The notes under the pieces: model-generated
Seen by the model: only the letters and a program-made list of their open reading frames with translations
What the model was told of the DNA's origin: nothing
The model's database searches: none
Translations under genes and position numbers: made by a program
Origin: a bacterium
Lineage (GTDB): Bacteria; Patescibacteriota; Patescibacteriia; SBBB01
DNA length: 64,000 bases
Assembly (NCBI GenBank): GCA_005239895.1
Contig: SBBB01000022.1
Span: forward strand, 4,098-68,097
Direction: 5' to 3'
Part shown: positions 58,169-64,000 of the stretch, one piece after another
Layout of the letters: each line of letters begins with the position of its first letter
Position numbering within the stretch: position 1 is the first letter of the stretch

Positions 58169-58378
58169 ATGGAGTTAAAGAATGTTATTAAAAAGCTAAA
58201 AAGTAGCAAACTCGACGTTCGAAGACGTGCTATTGGAAGTATTATTCTGCTAGGAAAAGAAGAAATGACACTATTAATGCCTATATTGCTAGCTACAGCG
58301 GGAAATAACAGAAGAATTAATATTATCACAATCATGCATATCTGTATTAGCGTAGGCATCATTAGATTCCACAATTAA
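58169..58378 (+). CDS. small protein (69 aa) with a HEAT-like repeat
   Basis: AGGAG SD 7 nt upstream of the ATG. A TTGACA-17-TATGGT promoter lies at ~58095-58123, and a hairpin GTAAAGCC..GGCTTTAC follows the stop. Confidence 0.35.
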   Translation: MELKNVIKKLKSSKLDVRRRAIGSIILLGKEEMTLLMPILLATAGNNRRINIITIMHICISVGIIRFHN

Positions 58379-58502
58379 GTGTCAAATGCGTGTGCACAGT
58401 TCAGCTTTAGCAATCTTGTCCGCACAGTAAAGCCCCGAAAGGTCATACGACATCTCGAGGCTTTACTTATAAGTGACTTAGCCACTCATGATACTAATCT
58501 TT

Positions 58503-58691
58503 TTATTGTGTTGGTTCAGTAGAAGTGGCAGTAGAAGTGGCAGTAGAAGTGGCAGTAGAAGTGGCAGTAGAATCAACCCCTACAGGTGCAGTCATTGAGT
58601 CTTTAGCACCCTTATTCATCATAGAATAACCTGCAAATATAATTACAACAACTACGATTACTCCTATAACCCATTTTGCGGTTTGGCTCAT
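58503..58691 (-). CDS. small membrane protein (62 aa) with a (TATS)n tail encoded by a 12-bp tandem repeat
   Basis: TM helix; GTAGAAGTGGCA x4.5 at 58512-58568. Confidence 0.35.
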   Translation of the reverse strand: MSQTAKWVIGVIVVVVIIFAGYSMMNKGAKDSMTAPVGVDSTATSTATSTATSTATSTEPTQ

Positions 58692-58798
58692 ATATTATAT
58701 TTATTAAAAATAAAATTAAAAATGTCATTCGACTTAAGTTGACACTTATGTGAAGTATACCACTCCTGACTTTGCCAGTCTAGATCGCTGAGCATATT

Positions 58799-60445
58799 TT
58801 ATGTTTGTTCAGCATTCTCCAACTTTTTATATAAAGGATGCAAATCTCCAACTTTCATAGTTTGAAATTTTGGATATTCCCATTTTAGTTGCGAACTATC
58901 TATATTTAAAAAACCTAAAATACGATCCGAAGTAACTGGCAAAAACGGACGAACTAAAATAGCCAAGCAAATAATAACGTGACTAGCCACAGATAAATCA
59001 GCACTGGCTTGAGATGGATCGGTTTTAACCGTAAACCACGGAGCAGCTTTGTCAATATAACGATTGCCAGCCGCAGCTAAATCCAAAATTAAACGCAAAC
59101 CATCGCGATAATGGCTACTTTTTATAGCTTCGCCAATTTTAATAAAACTCGCTTCAGCTAATTTTAAAAATTCCAACTGAGAAAAACTTAAGGACTGAGA
59201 AATTTCTACCCCATTTACAAAATTATTTTTTACTAAAGCTAAAACCCGATTAACATAGTTTCCAAATATGCCAATTAACTCGGTATTAGTTTTGTCATAA
59301 TAATTATCCCAAGAAAAATCAGCGTCTGATGTTTCCGGGCCATTAATAACTAAATAATATCGCAAAGTTTCCGCTTCGTAATCTTTCAAAAAATCATTCA
59401 CCAAAATCATGGTGTTGCGACTCTTGGAAAATTTTAGACTATTAATCGTTAAAAACTCCGAAGAAATAATATGATCGGGTAAGTGCATTTTCTCAACCCC
59501 CAAAAGCATAGCGGGCCAAATAATAGTATGAAACAAAATATTATCCTTGGCATGAACATAATAATGTTGTACAGATTCATCAGCTACCCAAAACTTTTGC
59601 CATAAATCAGGTTGACCTTGATTGAGTGACCACTCTTTACTAGCAGACAAGTAACCACATACAGCTTCAAACCAAACATAAATACGCTTATTTTCATAGC
59701 CTGGCAAAGGAATAGGTACTCCAAATTCTGTGTCGCGCGTAATGGCGCGATCACAAAGACCATTTTCTAACAAACCAATTGTAAAATTTTTAGCATTGAT
59801 TCTCCAATCTTTGCTTTTATTTTTTACCAAATCTTTTAATTGATCCTGAAATGACGATAATCTTAAATAAAAATGTTTTGACAAACGCCAATTAGATTGA
59901 TGGGAACAGATCTTGCAAGATGGGTTTATTAATTGTTTGGCATCTAATATATGACCACATTCATCGCACTGATCTCCTCTAGCTTTCGCAAAATGACATA
60001 AGGGACACTCACCCTCAACATAACGATCGGGTAAAAAACGTTTACACGAAGTGCAATAAGCAGACTCTTCGCTTTTAATATAAATTAAATCTTTTTTATA
60101 AAGTTCTAGAAAAATATCGCTCACAACTCGCGAATGATTATCAGTAGTGGTTGTAGTATAAATATCGTATGAAAAATAAAGCCTGTCAATTAAGGTTTTT
60201 TTAAATTCAATATGATATTTATTGGCAATTTCTATAGGACTAATGCCTTGTTTTTCAGCCTCAATCGTAATCGGTGTGCCATGACAATCACTACCGGATA
60301 CAAATAGCACCTCCTGACCATTTAAACGAAAAAAACGAGCCGTAATATCCGAACCAATCAATCCCGCCACATGACCTAAATGTAAATAACCATTAGCATA
60401 CGGCCAAGCAGCTGCCACAAAAATTCTAGGCAACATATAAATCAA
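58799..60445 (-). CDS. metG: methionyl-tRNA synthetase
   Basis: AWPYANGYLHLGHV (HIGH), Zn knuckle CPLC..CDEC, KFSKS. Confidence 0.9.
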   Translation of the reverse strand: MIYMLPRIFVAAAWPYANGYLHLGHVAGLIGSDITARFFRLNGQEVLFVSGSDCHGTPITIEAEKQGISPIEIANKYHIEFKKTLIDRLYFSYDIYTTTTTDNHSRVVSDIFLELYKKDLIYIKSEESAYCTSCKRFLPDRYVEGECPLCHFAKARGDQCDECGHILDAKQLINPSCKICSHQSNWRLSKHFYLRLSSFQDQLKDLVKNKSKDWRINAKNFTIGLLENGLCDRAITRDTEFGVPIPLPGYENKRIYVWFEAVCGYLSASKEWSLNQGQPDLWQKFWVADESVQHYYVHAKDNILFHTIIWPAMLLGVEKMHLPDHIISSEFLTINSLKFSKSRNTMILVNDFLKDYEAETLRYYLVINGPETSDADFSWDNYYDKTNTELIGIFGNYVNRVLALVKNNFVNGVEISQSLSFSQLEFLKLAEASFIKIGEAIKSSHYRDGLRLILDLAAAGNRYIDKAAPWFTVKTDPSQASADLSVASHVIICLAILVRPFLPVTSDRILGFLNIDSSQLKWEYPKFQTMKVGDLHPLYKKLENAEQT

Positions 60446-60996
60446 ATACGAGTTATTTCTTTTTCTTTATCTAAACCCATATTGTCTAAAGTGGTTGTAT
60501 ATTTATTAATGTAATCATCCAGGTGTTTTTGAATGGCATATTTTTCGTCTTCAGTAATTTCTTTACTTTTAACCGCAGCTAAAATAGAATCTTTAATGGT
60601 ATTTCTAATTTGACGTAAGGCAATTTTAGAATTTTCAACTTTTTGATGCACGGTTTTAACTAATTCCTTGCGAGTTTCTTCAGTTAACAAAGGTACAATT
60701 ACGCGTATATTTTTTCCATCATTAACAACCGATAAACCCAGATTAGCCGCCTGTAAAGATTTCTCAATATCTTTTAAAATACTTTTATCCCACACATCAA
60801 TTAGTAGAGTGCGCGGATCTTGCAAATTTACGCTCGCTACTTCTTTAAGAGACAATTTAGAATCATAAACATTTACCACTAAGTTGTCTATTAAACCAAT
60901 ACTAGCTCTGCCTGTTCGTATAGACCGTAGTTTATCTTGTAAATCATCGACTAAATGATTAATTTTAGAATCGTGCTGAGTAATTAATACATGCAT
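60442..60996 (-). CDS. frr: ribosome recycling factor
   Basis: LRSIRTGRAS...VVNVYD... typical RRF. Confidence 0.9.
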   Translation of the reverse strand: MHVLITQHDSKINHLVDDLQDKLRSIRTGRASIGLIDNLVVNVYDSKLSLKEVASVNLQDPRTLLIDVWDKSILKDIEKSLQAANLGLSVVNDGKNIRVIVPLLTEETRKELVKTVHQKVENSKIALRQIRNTIKDSILAAVKSKEITEDEKYAIQKHLDDYINKYTTTLDNMGLDKEKEITRI

Positions 60997-61032
60997 AGAT
61001 ATTATGAATAATTTAAATATATTATAATCTCT

Positions 61033-62103
61033 TTATTGTTCTTCTAAAAATCTTTGTACAGCCATGTATACTGTTTTGGGTTGATCAAAATTAACCCGAA
61101 GTGTTACTTTGGCGCGAGACGCAAGCAGTTTCTGAGCAAACCAATTCTCTCCACCATCCACAGATCTATTAAAGGTCGTGGCAGTTGTATAATATAATTC
61201 TTCAGGATTGTTCGGATTAACAGCAAAACTTAACAAATAATCGTTTGTTGTTTTAGATGTTAAAGTTTTTATTTCCGACCAAGTTGTGCCACCATCTTCT
61301 GAAACTACAATTCCACTTTTTAATAAAGCATAAATTTGATTAGCAGTGTTAGGGTGCAAAAACATATCTACAACCACAGGCGATTTAGATATACTACTCA
61401 CATAGGGATTAAGATCAATCCAATTAACTCCCCGGTCTATGGTTTTATAAATACCGTGACCACTTACCATAACATACATCACATTGGGATCAGCGCTTGA
61501 AATCAAAATTTTGAAAATCGCGCCGTTAAATTGTTTGAAACTAGACCAACTTGCTCCACTGTCTGAGCTTATTAAAATTTCTCCCCGCCTTAGCCCCATA
61601 TAAACAACAGTTGATTTCTTGGGGTCAACAGCCGTAAATAAAATTTCTTCTCCCAATTTAGAATCAAAATAAATTTGCTCCCAGCTTCGAGAACAATCTG
61701 TAGATTTAAATAATCTATTTAAAGATCCAACATAAATCACGCATTTCGCCAAAGGATCAACCGCTACAGAATTAATTGTGCCAGTTTTTAATTTTTCAAC
61801 ATAATTCCAACTTTGTCCCGAATCATAAGAATAATACAAGCCTTTATGGGCCGTACCTAAATACAAGGCCGAAGAATCTTGCGGATCTAAAACCATAACA
61901 TTTATATTTACACTGGATAATGATTTCTTTTCGGCTGCCACACTGGAAACTAAGGCTTTTTGTTGCCAGGTTTTACCACTATCGCTAGATAAATAAAAAC
62001 CACCCTTGCGTTGTCCGGCTGTGTTTGATTTTAACGTAATCGAACATCCCGATAAAATAAAGGTTGTAATAAATAATAAACTGAATAATTTTAAAATTTT
62101 CAT
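61033..62103 (-). CDS. secreted lipoprotein with BNR/Asp-box repeats (Ycf48/sialidase-like beta-propeller)
   Basis: Lipobox LSGCS; eight S-x-D-x-G-x-(T/S)-W repeats (SSDSGKTW, SYDSGQSW, STDCSRSW, ...). Confidence 0.7.
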   Translation of the reverse strand: MKILKLFSLLFITTFILSGCSITLKSNTAGQRKGGFYLSSDSGKTWQQKALVSSVAAEKKSLSSVNINVMVLDPQDSSALYLGTAHKGLYYSYDSGQSWNYVEKLKTGTINSVAVDPLAKCVIYVGSLNRLFKSTDCSRSWEQIYFDSKLGEEILFTAVDPKKSTVVYMGLRRGEILISSDSGASWSSFKQFNGAIFKILISSADPNVMYVMVSGHGIYKTIDRGVNWIDLNPYVSSISKSPVVVDMFLHPNTANQIYALLKSGIVVSEDGGTTWSEIKTLTSKTTNDYLLSFAVNPNNPEELYYTTATTFNRSVDGGENWFAQKLLASRAKVTLRVNFDQPKTVYMAVQRFLEEQ

Positions 62104-62137
62104 ACCCTCTTAATTAAAAATTTTCATACCCTCTTAA

Positions 62138-63154
62138 TTAAAAACTAATTAAAATATTTTCTACAACCAAAGATGGCAATACATTTGAGTACAAGTCGCG
62201 TTTGGCTTGTTCAATTTTACGTATCAAAATACCGACTTTAAACATTGGAAAAACCTTAGCAACCCGTTCAAGTTGCTCTAGCATAAATCTATGACTAACA
62301 GCTTGATGATTATGGTTTTGTAATAATATTACATCTCTTAAAATTAATAGTAAAGTATCTAAAAATAGTTGAGTATTACTCAGGGCTTCATTAAAACCCA
62401 GACCTTTAAAACCTAACAATGAATCGCTTATTTGAAAACGATCGCTAAGCGAGGCTGTCAAGATACCAAGCATTTTAAATGAATTGTCTTTATACTGATC
62501 AAATTTTGAAGGATCACCTATATAGGGCATTATTTTAGATGGTGAACCCAGGGATAAACTAGCTATATTCAGAGCATCATCAGGTGAAAAATTGTTCTTA
62601 ATTAAAAATCCATAAATTTTATCAATCGATACAGGATAAAAATTAATAACTTGAGCTCTAGAAATAACAGTCGAAGGTAAAAAGCGCAATTTAGATGTTA
62701 ATAAAATAATAATTATGTAAGGATATGGCTCCTCCAAGGTTTTAAGAAAAGCATTCGAAGCTTCTAGACTTAAACTGTCCGCGTCATCTATAATTGCTAC
62801 CTTATATTGACCCAAAACAGGCTTAGTTACTAAACTTAAACTTAATTCACGAATTTCATTGATAGAAATATTTTTCTTATCCTCAGCTTTAGTAAGAATC
62901 ATAGTATCTAAGTTCACCCCCACCATAATTGATTCGCACAATTGACAATCATTGGCCGATCTTTGCACTGGAGGATAAACAAATATATTTTGATTTTTAC
63001 AAATTAACTTCGTAGCAAAATATTTAGCAATGGTCATTTTCCCTAAGCCCCTCTGTCCATTAAAAATGTAAGTGTGGGACAATCTATCGGTTTTTAAAGA
63101 AGTATCTAAAAAGTTAAGAATTGTATCGTGTCCTATAATATGGGATTGTAACAT
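62138..63154 (-). CDS. holB: DNA polymerase III delta' subunit
   Basis: AAA+ Walker A GQRGLGKMTIAKYFA, DDAD (Walker B-like), SRAQV sensor. Confidence 0.65.
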   Translation of the reverse strand: MLQSHIIGHDTILNFLDTSLKTDRLSHTYIFNGQRGLGKMTIAKYFATKLICKNQNIFVYPPVQRSANDCQLCESIMVGVNLDTMILTKAEDKKNISINEIRELSLSLVTKPVLGQYKVAIIDDADSLSLEASNAFLKTLEEPYPYIIIILLTSKLRFLPSTVISRAQVINFYPVSIDKIYGFLIKNNFSPDDALNIASLSLGSPSKIMPYIGDPSKFDQYKDNSFKMLGILTASLSDRFQISDSLLGFKGLGFNEALSNTQLFLDTLLLILRDVILLQNHNHQAVSHRFMLEQLERVAKVFPMFKVGILIRKIEQAKRDLYSNVLPSLVVENILISF

Positions 63155-63178
63155 ATTTTTATGGACTTAACGATCTAA

Positions 63179-63943
63179 CTAGGACTGCGTAATTATCTTT
63201 TTAATTAAACGTTTAGTGTGTTGAAAATCTAATACGGGTATAGTATCTATACCGGTTTTAAACACTGCAAAATCATTTCCACCCTCCCTTAAATCATCTC
63301 CAATATACACCATTTCTTTTACAGGAACAGACAAAAATTTTTCAAGTTGCTTTAGACCATAAGCTTTGTCAATGCCTTTTTTATTTATATCTATAGATGT
63401 TGTACCTCCAAACCGCACTTCAAAATCTGATAGATATTTTTCTAAAGCTGGTTTTAAAATGGGGCGAATATCAAAATTTTTTCTCCATTCCAATTTTAGA
63501 TTTAGGGGGGCTTTCTGACCTAAAAGAGAAAATGTAACTTGGCTTTCACGATCTTCCATTACTTTTCCATAGGTTTTACTAGGGGCAATATAATTTATAT
63601 CTTGACAAGCTTTTTTAAAGGCCTCTGAAATTCTTTTTTTTTCTTGCGTTGTTAAATCATTTTTATAAACCAACTGCCATTTATCTTTATTATATTTATA
63701 CATGGTACTACCACAAACTGGAAGAATGAACATTTGGTTTAAATATTTTTTAGGACATTTAAAACAATCCAGTAATTGTTTTTTAAATTGCTGATAAGAA
63801 CCACCGCCCATAACAGCTATAGTCTTTTTTTGTAACAACTCGCAAAGTAATGCACTCATTTCTTGATCTAGATTGGTTTTGCTAGCAGTTAGGGTGCTAT
63901 CCAAATCAAACACTATAACTTTTTTAGAAGCAAAACCATTCAT
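63179..63943 (-). CDS. HAD-IIB hydrolase, eukaryotic-type phosphomannomutase-like
   Basis: FDLDSTLT (DxDxT), IAVMGGGSYQQF and YIGDDLREGGND align with PMM motifs. Confidence 0.55.
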   Translation of the reverse strand: MNGFASKKVIVFDLDSTLTASKTNLDQEMSALLCELLQKKTIAVMGGGSYQQFKKQLLDCFKCPKKYLNQMFILPVCGSTMYKYNKDKWQLVYKNDLTTQEKKRISEAFKKACQDINYIAPSKTYGKVMEDRESQVTFSLLGQKAPLNLKLEWRKNFDIRPILKPALEKYLSDFEVRFGGTTSIDINKKGIDKAYGLKQLEKFLSVPVKEMVYIGDDLREGGNDFAVFKTGIDTIPVLDFQHTKRLIKKIITQS

Positions 63944-64000
63944 CTTACTATTAATCTGATTTATTGTATAATTATTTAATAACCAAGAGCTGGATTGAAT

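Overview
This is an AT-rich, compact bacterial fragment with short intergenic regions and strong strand-collinear housekeeping blocks. The gene content suggests a Patescibacteria/CPR-like organism: multi-LTD surface protein, H+-pyrophosphatase, SUF system, ComEC-like and MBL proteins. Recognisable core genes include gyrA, rplU, scpA, ruvC-yebC, murD, murE, hppA, nusA, ileS, speH, sufS-sufU, rbfA, lspA, rpsT, holA, pnp, rpsO, fpg, rmlA-like, rnj, secG, metG, frr and holB, plus tRNA-Ala(UGC) and tRNA-Leu(CAG).

Five things stand out. (1) The 5' ~6.6 kb is a visibly higher-GC accessory island ending at tRNA-Ala. It carries an HD hydrolase, a PurM homolog and a partially duplicated module of small LuxR/GerE regulators. 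Each regulator is followed by a 96-nt element that is essentially identical between the two copies, while the coding sequences have diverged. Each also has a conserved TTGACA promoter and a GC hairpin showing a compensatory stem substitution. (2) A dispersed ~110-130 bp MITE-like repeat family ends in ACGGGGTTGAC(A). Its terminal TTGACA forms ideally spaced sigma70-type promoters for the adjacent genes, in one case a perfect TTGACA-17-TATAAT. (3) ileS carries an inserted histidine-phosphatase (PGM-like, RHxE...HG) domain of ~190 aa. (4) An NYN/LabA-like gene sits between rpsO and pnp. (5) Several short palindromic repeat families and heptamer/octamer arrays abut start codons. murE is flanked by perfect 22-bp inverted repeats, and there is a RelE/Phd toxin-antitoxin pair.

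No CRISPR array, rRNA or integrase was seen.
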